A stretch of DNA of 53,864 nucleotides, filler included, from Dimargaris cristalligena (Eukaryota): the NCBI GenBank assembly GCA_003614675.1. It is 2 parts of 2 records of this genome, joined end to end, with 100 filler letters (N's around TTAATTAATTAA, not from the genome) between each part and the next. Parts side by side here need not be neighbours in the genome. Positions count along the whole stretch, not along the records: positions 26,996 to 53,864 come from ML002533.1; 1 more part is not named here. One strand, written 5' to 3'. The position numbers were made by a program, and so were the translations under genes. The notes under the pieces are model-generated. The model saw nothing but the letters and a program-made list of their open reading frames with translations. It was not told where the DNA came from and did not search any database. Position 1 is the stretch's first letter. The number at the start of each line of letters is the position of its first letter. Below, in pieces: positions 36,094-48,530 of the stretch.

Positions 36094-38402
36094 TTAACTG
36101 GGCTTTTCGAGGACAAGGGTGGATGGAGGTTGGCCGCTCCCACCACCACTGGTCCTCTTGGATCGCGACGGGATACTGAGTTTATAGCCTTCAATGCAGT
36201 CGTAGTCGTTGGGATCCACCCAGGTGACTCGTTTTTTGGTGGCGGATGGTGGCGATGTTTTTGGTTTGCCCTGCACCGTCTTCCCGATGGCATCGAGCCC
36301 ATTATTATGGTGGCGAGTATCATCCTCGGCCATCGTTACATCGATGATCGTCCCTTCCCGGTGGACCACTTCCTCTTTTTCTTCTTCTGAATCACCGTTG
36401 GCATTGATAGCGGTGGTAGTAGTAGTAATAGTAGTGGTGGTGGGGGGTGCTTCTACGCCCGTCGGTAGTTGTTGGGGAGTTGGGGTGGCGGCGTCGGGGT
36501 TCGTCGTCGGTTCCGTGGCATCGGATGGTTCGGATGATGGGAACGCCATATCGAAGAGCCGGTCCACTTCGGCTTGCGACCATTCGGTCTGTGGCTTAGT
36601 AATAGTAGTAGTAGTTTCATCCTCCCCGTCCCTATCTTCGGCTTGGGAGGGGGCGGTATTAGAAGGTACATCGGCAAGGTTATCCTTCTTCTTCTTCTCC
36701 TCCTCCGCCGCCCTGGTGCCGATTAACACGGCTGTTGTTGTAGTTGTTGTTGCTGCTGTGTTCGGTGATGATAGTGGTGGGAAGGGGGGAAGCGTTGTCG
36801 AGGATGTGGTAGACGGTTGGGGTCCCGACTTTATTATGGTCCGGGTGGTAGGGCTGTAGCTATGACTCGGGCTCGGGCTCCAAGTCTCGTTTGCCTTTGT
36901 AGATGGTGCCGATCCATCTGGTTCACCGGTATCCTCGTAAGACTGGTCCCCGAAGTCCAGTGGACTGCGGTCGGGAGTCGGGTTCGGGTTTTCAATGATG
37001 CGGACATTAAAAATAGGGCGGAGGGGACCACCACCACCTCCTCCTTCTAGACCGGACCGACTCCCAGCAGCAGGGGTTTCTTCGGGTTGGTCGCTACCGC
37101 CAACCGCACCAGTGCCGGTCGGAGGCATATGTGGTGGTGATGATGATGATGTTGGTGCTTTGGCGGTGACCCCCGCGATGGTGGCACGGGGACTCTGTTT
37201 CGGGGCCTGGTCACCACCACCACACCCCTTCTTTAGATCCATTTTTTTAAGTCCAACCACAGCGGCGGGGATGGAGGAGGGTGGTGATAGTGCAGGTGAG
37301 GCGGTGGGTAAGGTGCGTAATAAGTCCCGTACGTAATTTCGGAATAGGTCATCGGACGATGTCGACGTTGATTTTACTGTTGCTGTTGCTGTTGCTGTTG
37401 GGGGAGTAGGGGTGGCCGATGGTGCACGTGGGCGACGGAGATCCGCCAGATTGGTCGTTAGCGGTAGCAGGGTGATGGTCAGGGGCTGGTGTTTACTCCG
37501 CAGAAACAGGGCCTCGGGGGAAAGTTGGGTCTCGTAGAATTTCGAGGCCGCCCTACAGATCTTACTGCAGAACTGGCGCAGTTCTTCGGTGTCGTAGACT
37601 TTACGTTGCTCTAGGTTTATCCGAAACCGGCTTTGGATTTCCTGTGGATAATGGGTTGAGGGAGGGGGGGGGATTATCATCATCCGATAATGCAGGACAG
37701 TGGCGGTCAAGATAATATATATATATATATATCAGGGTTAGAAGAGAGGGTGGGTGGAGTTGGATGATATATTTACTAGACTCTATTTATATTCGAGAAT
37801 CCACGTCGATATACTTACTACCCTGTTAAGGCGGTGGTATGTATGGTGTGTCGGAAGGGGATGGATTTATACCACTCCGTACTTACCATGCAGGGCTTAT
37901 TACATAACGGATACCCGCATATATTGCGGGCCTGTCGCTCCTCAATGACCTCTTGGTAATGGTGGGGTAAAATATAATTAGCCGCCTGTTCTAACGTTCG
38001 TTCCGTTACGCCGTCCGTTTCCGCCGTGAACAGTTTCTCCTGCCAACGAAACGAAAGGCGTTCGTAACGCTGTTGGAGTTGCAGTTGGTTGCGGATTTGC
38101 CGTTGCCGGGGTTTGAGTGCGGCCGTTGTTGGGCGTGGCTTTTTATTACCCGCGCTTGGTGTACCTTGGCCCATCGTCGTCGTCGTCATAGTAGTAGTAG
38201 TAGTACCGCTTGGACTAGCCATACCGGCGTTGGTGTCGTGGACAGCCCTGCCGGGGTTTTCGCGGCGGCTCGACGGGATGGCGGCGGAAGTGTTCGGGAT
38301 TTTCTTAAGGATGGATTCGAGTGGCGGTGGTTGGGTTGTTTCAGAAGGCCTACCAAGTGGGGAAGGGTCATGGCGAAAGGCGGTCGGGTTGAGGGGGGCC
38401 AT
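36094..38402 (-). CDS. RTR1: RNA polymerase II CTD phosphatase RPAP2/Rtr1 homolog, 2 exons, ~687 aa
   Basis: Exon 1 38402-37887 (..HYQEVIEERQARNICGYPLCNKPCM, then GTAAGT) and exon 2 37641-36094 (RFRINLEQRKVYD..FCSKICRAASKFYETQLSPEALFLR). Together they form the Rtr1/RPAP2 zinc-finger domain, followed by a long low-complexity tail. Confidence 0.92.
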
Positions 38403-38430
38403 GTTAGATAAGGCGCGCCTGACTGATGCG

Positions 38431-38454
38431 TATATATATATATATATATATATA
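38431..38454. repeat. (TA)12 microsatellite
   Basis: Perfect run 28 nt upstream of the RTR1 ATG. Confidence 0.9.
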
Positions 38455-38539
38455 AAGAGAAGAGAAGTGTTCTACAATTAAAGGATGCTGAAAGGGGAGG
38501 AATGCCAGCAAGGGGGGGGGGATCTCTAACGAAGGAAAG

Positions 38540-38589
38540 AGAGACAGAGACAGAGACAGAGACAGGGAGAGTGGGAGTGGGAGTGGGAG
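38540..38589. repeat. Compound hexamer repeats (GAGACA)n / (GGGAGT)n
   Basis: Visible tandem hexamers in the RTR1 upstream region (CT-rich on the coding strand). Confidence 0.8.
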
Positions 38590-38940
38590 CGTTCTCTCTC
38601 CCACTCTTTCACTGTCCAGTGTGTGGTGGTGGAGACGTGCTGGTGGGAAGTTACCATTAGTAATAATAATAAGTTATGCAACTTCTCTCAGTAAAAAAAA
38701 ATTGGACTAGTTGGGTAAAATTAAAAGTGACAGGCGTGAATAAAGGACAAGAGGGGGGAGGAGACAAGGGTCCTGCCTATATGTTATGCTACGAAATGGG
38801 GAAACCCTCTCCCCCAAGTGAAGAAGAAGGGGAGGGAGGGGCGTATTTAGAGCTGTATTTCGTAGACTAAAAAATCATCCTCCAATTGAGAGGGTTAGAA
38901 GTAGTAACACTACCGCACCCGCCTCCTCTCAAGCTCCCTC

Positions 38941-39475
38941 TGGGTGAACTTCAACCCAACTGTATAAGATTTTACACAATATGTGTATGGGATAATATGT
39001 GGGAGAATAACTTTTGACCAGTAATATTTACCTCATCAAATGGATTACTCGTTATACAGCCTGGATGAATATCTGCCCTCTGGTCCTGCTCCTTTATTGT
39101 TAAAAGTTGGCCAATCTCTGTGGAATGATGGCACCTTTCTCGACTTCGACTACAAGAAGTGATGCTCGGTTTAAATTGCCTCATGGCATGGCTAAGCAGG
39201 GGGTGCACGACGGTGTGGTACAAGGTACCCAAAATGCGTAGAGAGAAGGCAAAGGCAGCGACTGGCCTTTGCGGATATATTATATGACTTCATTCATTGT
39301 TTGACCTCGCATGTCCCCCATTCAGCCCAGATTTCCACCACTACATCACATTCCACGTTTCATTATTACAGGGTGATTTAAAAGGGTCATATGGGGGAAT
39401 TGTCTACACTACAACCTGGGGGATTCAGGACAATGCGGTTGGAGGCAATCACCCCCCCTAAGTACACTACACCAT
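38941..39475 (+). mobile_element. Decayed non-LTR (LINE-like) reverse-transcriptase fragment, copy 2
   Basis: Homologous to 29118-29254. It reads QLYKILH..G*YVGE*LLTSNIYLIKWITRY..PLVLLLYC*K (cf. ITDNI..LLLD.EKAFD), then GWRQ..PLS at 39437 with a frameshift (cf. GLRQG.PLSP). Confidence 0.5.
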
Positions 39476-40376
39476 CTCCCAAACTAAAACTGAAGTATAT
39501 TACCTATGTAAGGGCACGCTTTATTTATACAAAATATCTCAATTATTCAAGAAGGCTGTGGACAAATATAACCAAGTTTACATAAACCACATCCAATTTC
39601 AGTATCAGTATCACTAAAATTGTACGAAGTATTGGCGAGTAGGCATGCTTAAAAAAGGGTTGAGGGGCGGGAAGGCGGTCACGACCCACCCATTCAAGTG
39701 GTCCAATGTAAGATATACAAAGGCCAACAACTAATAAAACGAAATAAAAAAAGTCCGAATATCTAAGAAAACCAAAATTACTTAATCATATAATAATAAC
39801 ACGTTCGAGCCCACGTTGCAATTGCACTAAATCCCGCATCACTTTCAACCGTTACCACAAAAAGCAGCTTGGGAGGGCATTGTCCCCACGATAAGGCCCT
39901 GGAAAACTAAATAACACCAGAGTGGCAATAAAAAAAAACTGTTGCACCATTGGCCATGGGTAGAATAAGAAACAATCGGTCTGGGGGGCGTATTTGGGTT
40001 TGAAATATATGTAAAGAAGGAAAAAAGGGGCGTATGTATAGCTCGGATATATTGGCAAACGCAAATAGTCAAGGTGTAGCAAGTAGAATACAAGAGGGAG
40101 GGGAAGGGAGATCCGAGACGGTGACCTGACCTTTTTCTAACACGCAATGTCGCAGGGGAAGAGGGCTAATAAACAAAACAATAAAACAAAAGGTGATAGT
40201 ATTAATATGGCGAGGTAAAGAGAAGGTGGGCGAGGGAAATGGTTGGCGGGATGTATGGATACACCAAGTCAGAAAAATAAGCCATAACAATTTAAAATGT
40301 CACTGATGTCTATCAAAAACAAAAGAACGCAAAGGTGGACTCGGAAGGACACATAGTGATCGTCGATCCCTGCTAA

Positions 40377-43067
40377 TTAGCCGAGATAGGAGGTCGGGAT
40401 CGAGTTTTGGTCAATTTGAGAATGGCCAATACTAGCCACGCCGGACGATAACGGCAGATTGCCCAGGACAGGGCCGGTGGCGGCAAGTTGGGAAGTCGTG
40501 GCCTCGTCCTGGCCAAGGGAAGAGGATACAAATGCCGATGCTGGAAGGTGGAATGGTCCCCCTAAGCCAAACGCGGGGTGGGCATGGCCCCAAAGGGCTG
40601 CGTTCCCCAGGCTTTGGCCCATGGAATCGGGGAAAGGGGTAAGGCCGTAGGGGTGGTGATGAAAATGAGAACCATCCCCCGATATACTATGGTGGGGGTT
40701 GGTTAGAGAGTGGGAATGTAGATTATTCGATGCAATGTGGCTGGTGGCAATGGTGGAAGAGGCGACATGAGATCCCGCTTGGGTGGTCAAGGGCTGGCTC
40801 GCTGCCACAGGCAAAACCGAATGCCGACGGTTCAACGCCTGCTGGGTCGACGGGTAAATCATCCCCGAGTGGATATCGGCGACCGACTGGCCCATATACG
40901 ACTGCTGAGCTTGGGAGGTGGCAGCGGACCCGGCCGAGTGGGTTAAGGAGCCGACGGTCTGTGACAAAGAGGTCCGATTACCACCGGCTACACCGGGGTG
41001 GTAACTGAAATCCGCGCTCTGCACCCGGTGGAGAGAGGGTCGGCCCGCCCCAGTGGCTTGGTTCGATACGGGCGGGGAAGACTGTCCGCCCATTGACGAA
41101 GCTGCCGCTGTAGGATTATAGCTGTTGGCTAACATGGCGGACTGGGAGGAGCTCGTGGGCCACACCAAGTTGGAAGTGTTAGCCGAGGATACGCCAGTGT
41201 GCTGAACCGAGGACTGGGCGTTGAGCAGGGATTGCCGATGGGGGTGGTTGTGGTAGCTCATAATAAATCCATTGGGAGTGTGGTGGTAGCTATACGTAGT
41301 GGCGGGGGAGGCCATAGCCTTTTGTTGACCACCCTGGGGAACTTGGTGGTGGCCCGTGAATTGGGCTTGGCTGGGAAGGGTGAACACTGCACCAGGCTCA
41401 GAAAACCGGCGGTCTTTCGACCCCGAGGAAACGGTGGTACTGGCGTTGAGCAGAGTGGCCGAGCTCGAGTGGGTCGGCGCTAGGTGCATCATGCCGTCGG
41501 TGGTGGGACTACCGCCCACGAAGGCTTCAATCGACGAACTTAGGAGCGTTCCCCCATCCAGACTTGTATAGCCGCCATTTGAATCGTCGGAACTGGTTTC
41601 ATCTTCAGCAATTGTCGACAGGCGCCGACTGTCTTCATTAAGCGAATTCCTGCTGGTGGGCCGGGGTTGTCTGTCCTCAGTCGTAGATGTCAGGCCAGGC
41701 TGGGCCGATAGGGGAGAGCCCCCGCCCGCATTACCGGGCGGTAGGGAGGATACCACGGGTGAGGTATTTGCCGTGGAGGTCAGTGAGAGCCCCTGTGGAC
41801 CTCCTGGTAAGGGACCCACCCCGTTCATAAAGTTGAGACCCATTGTATCATTGGCCGACATCCCAACGCTCAACGAACTTAGGTTAGAGAACCCAGCGTA
41901 GAACGATGCGGCGGAACCGGGCCCGGCGGACTGGGGCGCACTATGGGGTTTGTTGCTCGAAGGGGCGGTGGAGGATGAGTTACTCCGGCGGTGGTGCTTA
42001 AATACAGAAGGGTCCTCGGGGGAGCCCGCCAAGCTGCTGTGGCCTGGAAAGTAGAAGCCGGGGGGTAGGGCTACATTGGGATGGCTGGAGCCCATCAATG
42101 CCGCGTGCGTCGCTGCGTCGGGGTGGAGTGGTGACATATTGAGAAAGGGCGACGAGGGATGGGTATGATGGCCCGGAACCATGAATGAGCCCGATTCGAG
42201 GAGTGGGGAATAGAGTGGGGTACTAGGGGAGCCTGCAGCACTGCCGCCTGCGTTCCCACCAGTATGGTAAAATAACGACTTTTGTAAACTCCCGATTTTT
42301 AATGGCTGAAGGTGACCCCCGCTCAAATATCCCCCTGCCGCCGAAGCTTTGGGTGGGAATGCAACCAACGATTGTGGTGGACGGGCCGCTGCGGGGTCAT
42401 CGACGACAGAGGAGCCCTGGGTAATATATGACCCACGTTGTTGAAGCAGATGGGCAGACCCCCCTATTTGGAGAGCCGAGGCCGAACATAACGGCGACGT
42501 AAAGTCGGTGGGGTACATGAACGGTTGGTTAGACATGTCTGTCGAGTGGTGGGTGATTGCCGCAGCGTGCGCTACCGAGGTTCCCGCATGGATCGAAGAG
42601 GGAGCACTGCTGGTCGATGGCCGCGGAACCGTCCCGTTAGAGTCACTGATGGGCAGCTCGTCTTCGTCATCATCGGGGATATCCGAATTTAAATCGACCA
42701 TGGATAGGTTAGAATTGGGCGGAAGGGTAGACGAGCCGGGGGCGGCTTTCTTGTTCTTTTCTTTGGCGCGCCGGTTTTGAAACCAGACTTGGACACTGCG
42801 GGCGGACATATTAAGCCGTTCCCCCAGCTCCCGGCGCTGTGAAGCGCTAGGTTTAGGATCTAGGACAAAGACTTCTTCCAGGGCCTTGAACTGCTTTCGG
42901 GTCGTTCGTTGACGGTGTTTGACCTCGTTGGGGTTGTAAAAAGTAGGTTTCCATTCGGTATGATGCGATGCCCGCCGTACAGGTCCACCGGGGCCTTTGC
43001 ATTTTTTAGACAAAGACGCCGGGTCCATGGGCGGGTATATTGGAAACGACGGGTCCAGGCCTGACAT
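40377..43067 (-). CDS. Homeodomain transcription factor, 896 aa
   Basis: Single coding exon with accaccATG start. The homeodomain reads FYNPNEVKHRQRTTRKQFKALEEVF..DPKPSASQRRELGERLNMSARSVQVWFQNRRAKEK, followed by a long Ser/His/Gly-rich disordered tail. Confidence 0.95.
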   Translation of the reverse strand: MSGLDPSFPIYPPMDPASLSKKCKGPGGPVRRASHHTEWKPTFYNPNEVKHRQRTTRKQFKALEEVFVLDPKPSASQRRELGERLNMSARSVQVWFQNRRAKEKNKKAAPGSSTLPPNSNLSMVDLNSDIPDDDEDELPISDSNGTVPRPSTSSAPSSIHAGTSVAHAAAITHHSTDMSNQPFMYPTDFTSPLCSASALQIGGSAHLLQQRGSYITQGSSVVDDPAAARPPQSLVAFPPKASAAGGYLSGGHLQPLKIGSLQKSLFYHTGGNAGGSAAGSPSTPLYSPLLESGSFMVPGHHTHPSSPFLNMSPLHPDAATHAALMGSSHPNVALPPGFYFPGHSSLAGSPEDPSVFKHHRRSNSSSTAPSSNKPHSAPQSAGPGSAASFYAGFSNLSSLSVGMSANDTMGLNFMNGVGPLPGGPQGLSLTSTANTSPVVSSLPPGNAGGGSPLSAQPGLTSTTEDRQPRPTSRNSLNEDSRRLSTIAEDETSSDDSNGGYTSLDGGTLLSSSIEAFVGGSPTTDGMMHLAPTHSSSATLLNASTTVSSGSKDRRFSEPGAVFTLPSQAQFTGHHQVPQGGQQKAMASPATTYSYHHTPNGFIMSYHNHPHRQSLLNAQSSVQHTGVSSANTSNLVWPTSSSQSAMLANSYNPTAAASSMGGQSSPPVSNQATGAGRPSLHRVQSADFSYHPGVAGGNRTSLSQTVGSLTHSAGSAATSQAQQSYMGQSVADIHSGMIYPSTQQALNRRHSVLPVAASQPLTTQAGSHVASSTIATSHIASNNLHSHSLTNPHHSISGDGSHFHHHPYGLTPFPDSMGQSLGNAALWGHAHPAFGLGGPFHLPASAFVSSSLGQDEATTSQLAATGPVLGNLPLSSGVASIGHSQIDQNSIPTSYLG

Positions 43068-45099
43068 GGTGGTGTGAGCCAGGCTAGATCAAAAATCACA
43101 GCACTAGTGGAAATAGATGTATAAATATATAACAGCGGGTCCACAAATAACGACAGGGGCGCCCAAAGCTATTTTCAATTACCAGCTAAGATGGAGGTTG
43201 GGCCTATGCAAATCGTACAGGGGATTGGATGAGAAAGTGGAGTGTGATAATCTCCCCCCAAAAAAAATAGCCGGGGAGAAGAAGAGGGCTGGTCTGGTAG
43301 AAACGTTATATACACAATTATAGGGATCAAGTCAATCAGGAAGAGGAAAATTAGACCACCAATACAGGCCAGGATATCTAAGTGTATGGATATTAAGAGG
43401 ACAACGACAGTCGAATCAAGGCCAATGGATAACAGTGTCGAAGAATCAGACGCGGATTTAACAGATTGAAATTAAGGCTCGGTTCTTAGCCAACGAGGAT
43501 ATGGGATCGTCAGTAGAGCAGTAAATTTACCATAGAACCTACGGGCGGAGCTAGCACGATTGGTCAATTGATGTTACAGGGTCACCGTGAGATGGGGCGG
43601 AGATTCCAGCTGCAAGAACCAATAGGCGCGTGGAAACCGCAGGCAAAAAGAGAGGCTCTCCCGGTGACAATGGAAGGCGGGTACTAGTTCGGTTATTAAG
43701 GGAAACTGCCAAAAAGAAAGGGGAAGAGAGTTGAGTGTTAAGCCCACACGCAATCACTGCCCAGCACCATCAACAGCCGTGAGAAGGTTTTTTAAAGGAA
43801 AAAAAAAAGAAAGAGGCAGATAAAAAGTAATGGCGGGGAAAATAGCAAAATGGGGAATCGCCGACTGCCCTCTAATGGGACACGCTTGATGACGGAAAGG
43901 GGGGTGGAGGGTCGCTGTGCAATCCGGGGGTGGAATCGATACAACCCGTCGGACACATGGTCGGGGATATGCAGAAAGTGACAGTCAAGGGGGGGTTGAA
44001 TAATAATACAAATGAGAGTGTTCCGGATTAGGGTAGGGAAAGGGAGAGATGGAGAAATATAGGATTAGTGGGGAGATTATTTAAAACCAGAGTAGTATAG
44101 GGCTGACCCCCAACTCTCATAGTCAGCAAAGTGCGAGAGTATACTCGTGATTGATTTTTATATTTTCTACCCCGCTTTGGATGGCAAGCGTGAGTAGCAG
44201 AGGGCCAGGACGGGGAGTGTTTTCCAAGGTCTCGCTTGGGAATAAGCATTTGGCAGAAGCAGTATGCACCCCGAGTGTAGATGCCAAGGTCCAAAAAAGA
44301 AAGAATTCAAAGACGGGCGGAGAAAGGACGGAAAGGGGGGATAGTGTCTAATGAATATCCCATTGGAGAGGGTTTGGCCTATATGGTCTTTAGGTCACGT
44401 AGACAGAATATAGATTATGCCCGTTTGGAACCAACTTCTGACGACTAGGTTTTAGGGTTTTCAAAAAGGAGACTTACATGATAGGGTGATGCCAAATGCA
44501 AGTGCAGTTAATCGATGGGCTACAATTGGTAAGAAGCGTGTTGATGGATGGGGTGTATCGCAAAAATAATTTAAGGATAGTTATAGAAGGGTTAGGGGGT
44601 TATAATTGACGTCCGAGTTTAAGTTGGAGACAAATAAAGCCGGCTGGGCAAGTTGCGGGTACATATACTGCTGGTTGGCTGGGTGTGGTATAAGCAGAAG
44701 CTGGGCTCGTGATATAAATAGGATAGTCTGAACGTCCGTCAAACGCCAGGCAGTTCACACACTGCCAAACAGAATACTTGGGCGACCCTCTTGGAGTTTC
44801 ACCGAGAGTAGCCAAATTTATCTCAAGTAAAGGGCGGATACAACAGGGAACGGGAGGGCCTGTTGGTCCAAAATGGGCAGGGCTGGTTAAGCAGGGACTT
44901 GGGTGGGGGGCACTTACATGCTCGGTTGTCCACACCGACAGAGTGAGAAATGGGTCGGAGCGGTGGGAGTGACGGATAGTAGCGGTGCTAGTTCACGGCA
45001 ACACCGGTCCAGGGAAGGGAAGTGAGGTGAGGTGAAGCGAAGTGAAGGGGGAAAAGCAGGATAAGCGTAACGACCGACGAAAGGGAGGGAGAAGGAAGA

Positions 45100-45810
45100 G
45101 AGAGAGTGAGGGAGGGAGGGAGGGAGGGAGGGAGAAGAGATAGTAAGAAAAGGGTCTTCGTTTGGTGGGAATCGTATGCGGGTGATACAAGATACTGAAA
45201 TGAGGGAGTCGGGTGGTTCGTTAACTCACCACCCACAAATGAAAGTGGCGGTGTTGCAAGGAGCCGAGAAGCTGGGGTAGCAACGGCGACGAGGAAGGTG
45301 TATTAATTAATGAAGGGCCAAGAGAGGGGGTAGACGAGTCCGGTGAACCTTAAGCGGCTTAAAAAGACTGGGGGGAGTATACTTTTTGCAGAAAAAAATG
45401 CAAGCTGGTCAACCGGAGTGGAGAAGGTAGGGCTTTTTAAGTGAGAGAGGTAGTCAGGCGAAGATATATTTTGGGAAACAAGCGGTATATGCAACACGCG
45501 GGGAAAGGGAGAAGGCAAGGAAGAAAAGGGACCCGGCGTCAGTATTTTTAAAACAAAGAGGAGTGAAAACAGGAAACAGGGCAGTGTGGAGAGAGGGACC
45601 AGAAAAGGGAGGGAGGGATGTAAGCAGGTTGTGGTGGGCACACAATAGGCCTGAAGGGGAGGGAGAGAGAGAGAGAGAGAGACAGAGAGCCGAAAGGAAA
45701 AGAGGACAGGTGTGTGTGGGAGATACGGGCTGTGCGAAGGGCGGGGACAGATAAGAGAGAGAGAGAGAGAACAAGCGAGAAAGAGAGGGGGGAATAGGGA
45801 GAGAGAAACA
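45100..45810 (-). repeat. GA-rich tract with (GGGA)n and (GA)n runs (CT-rich on minus strand, leader-like)
   Basis: (GGGA)n at ~45109-45133 and (GA)n at ~45663-45682 and ~45755-45768. Confidence 0.75.
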
Positions 45811-45923
45811 GGCGAGAGAACCTACGTTAACGATAGAGGCAGCGTGAATGACAAGACCCACCTCTTCGTTGATTAAAATAAGCAGAAAAAGTATAGCCAA
45901 GCATCCAGGGCTGGGCAAGTTGC

Positions 45924-45932
45924 TTTTATATA
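45924..45932 (-). promoter_or_regulatory. Candidate TATA box for homeobox gene
   Basis: TATATAAAA on the minus strand directly followed (downstream on minus) by long CT-rich tracts typical of fungal transcript leaders. Confidence 0.4.
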
Positions 45933-48507
45933 GCCAGGACCTACAGGCAACGCATATAGGCACACCGCGTATATGCACGCATACACCCTTGTAGCTGGGA
46001 AGGGCGGGAATCAAGGGCGAGGAGGTCCCCCGTCCGTGGTGTTGTGTGGAGAAGGGACGGATGAGGAAAGGTGTAGAGTGCTGCGTGAAAAACCCCGGTG
46101 TGAATGCGCCGTGGCTCTAGTCGGAGGATGTTCTCTGTAAGCTGTGGATGGTGATGATGATGATGATGGGGGGTGTGGTTTGGCCAAACCCGATTATTTA
46201 TTTATACAATCCTTTGGGGTATCTATAGTGAGTGCCACACCATGACCCTTTACCACTGCAACCTGCCATTCCATTATTCGGGGCTCAGGCCACGGTTGGG
46301 AAGTCGTTCGTTTGTAATTTGACCCTGCGGCAGTGGCGACATGCCCTCCCTGGTCGACCACCACCGGTAAGCGACCTCGCATTGTCTTTTCCAATTCAGA
46401 TAACCCCTCGACCCCGGGTTATGGTGATGGCGGGGGAGGCCCACCACTACTACTACATGGTCAGATGTATTTGTCTACATTGAGGAGGACGAATGCGATA
46501 GATGGAGAGGGAGTCTGTGTCGCATATCAGTGCCCCGGGCAACACCTCCCCCGGCGCAACGGCTGGGGCAGTCTGCCAGGGTGCTAGAGTTAAATGCCGG
46601 AGAGGAGAAATCTATCGGAAGGGAAGCGGCGGCGGATTCGATATATTTTGGGTGCATAAGCAGAGACGGATATAAAAATATTGGGGGAGGGTATCCGGAT
46701 TCTTTTGCCGACCAACCCTTTTCCCTGAGGATAGGGGGCGGCGGCGATGGCTAATATCAACTAGGGCAGATTTCCAATGTTACCGATAAAACTTAGTATC
46801 CCATTGTGCGAGGGAAAGGGGGGTGCTCCCAAAATAAAAGGGATCTTGCCCTCCTATATCACCAAATAGCGGACCAACGGAGTCTTGGGCTTAGGTGAAC
46901 CCTCCTCTCCTTTTTTCCCCTCTACTTAGCCCCTCCGCCTACTCCCGATTCCAGAATTGTGATACTCCGGCCTTGGGAGATTCAATCCGGTGTCGGAGTC
47001 GATGGGTATCTCCTGCCTAGGAGCCGTCGTCGTCAGTCCAGCCGAATTTAGACCGGGGACGATCCACAGTAGTGTTAGTATTAGGATTATTTTATTATAT
47101 TTTATTCCCGGAGCCACACGATCCATGTTTCGACTGAATGAATACACACACACACCACGGTTGGAAGGTCTTTTAGGCAATCGTCATCCCTTTGGGCCTT
47201 CGTTCCAGTTGATAGCCCACTGTCCCTTCCTTCACTATTGGACTCACTGATTCCAGTGTTACAACCCTCGCCCGTTTTTTTAACACATGGCTCGGTAATT
47301 AAATAATCCACCCAATCCCCCCGCACTCCTCAGCTCCGTATTAAAGAAAAAATTAAATAAAATAAACTAAATAAATAAATGGTAATTGACTTATTAGGCT
47401 TGGAGCGGGGATATACCTTAACCAACCCAAAATGTATCGAGAGTCAAATCCTAATGTATTTATTTTCATTTTGCTCGGTCCAGTGGACCGGGGGGAAAGG
47501 GGTATTGCCGAATTCTAAATAGCTCCCCCGTCAATGAAGAGAACATTGGCCGCCAATAGGCGGGTCCGATAAGGAAGCAGCGGGGTATTCTGAATGTCTG
47601 TGTGTGTGTTCCCCATTAGAGCCAATGGAAAGGCCAAGAGCGAGAGAGGTAAAGCAGGGTTGGCTGTGATTTGCTGGGCCAACAACCCCCGCATCCACGC
47701 CACTCGCTCTTCATTTTTGCTCTCCGTCCTTCCTGTTTTTAGTCCACCACTGTCTACTGTGCCCCCCATTCGTAGCTCCGGGGGTTTTTCAATTTGACAA
47801 TGGGCTTGAGCAATGGTCAACAGATTTTGACCGGAAACGGGGGCATGCGCAAAACTAAGCCAACTTCTACCCCTACCGGGAGATTGGGTGGGCCTGCGTC
47901 CCTCCTGTTGGGTACGGACTATGCGAACCCCTTCCGTAGGCAGCTTAGGCGGAACATCCGCGGGGTAGCGGTGGTGGCTACTGCAGGGCAGCACCCAAAA
48001 TCATGGAAGGTAGTGCGAGTTGGGGGAGAGACCTGTACCCACTATATATATATATATATCGCTTATTTTGATGGGGAAAAGGGGGTTTTTTAATTGGGGA
48101 TGGGTCAGGGATGATGGTATTCGAGTCCATTCTACTTGACTGAGGGTGCTGCGAAAATTAAATGGCCATGGGGCGATTTCGGATCACTACTAGGACTTGG
48201 TGTAATTATACAGCTACTGTTCTAGCCACCCTTATTAATCCCGGCGGGTAATTTCAGAGGTAACCCTACGTGGGTACTGTGTAGTCGACCAAGCCATTTT
48301 TTTTCTTAATAGAAGGGCCTTGCCATACCCATCGATATACTGGATTCCGAGTCTTCCTTGGAGAGAAACTCGCCCTATATTTAGGCCGACACCCCAGTTA
48401 ATGAAGTGACCCACCGGGTATATTATTTTATTATTATTTTCTTTCTCTTTTAAAATAAATCAGAATCATACAAAAGTGAAATACACAGTGTACTCCCCAA
48501 CCACTGC

Positions 48508-48530
48508 TTCATTCATTCATTCATTCATTC
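48508..48530. repeat. (TTCA)n microsatellite
   Basis: About 5-6 tandem TTCA units. Confidence 0.8.

Noticed and set aside
39800..39830. GTTCGAGCCC resembling a tRNA T-loop
   Set aside because: No pairing T-stem, acceptor stem or A-box.
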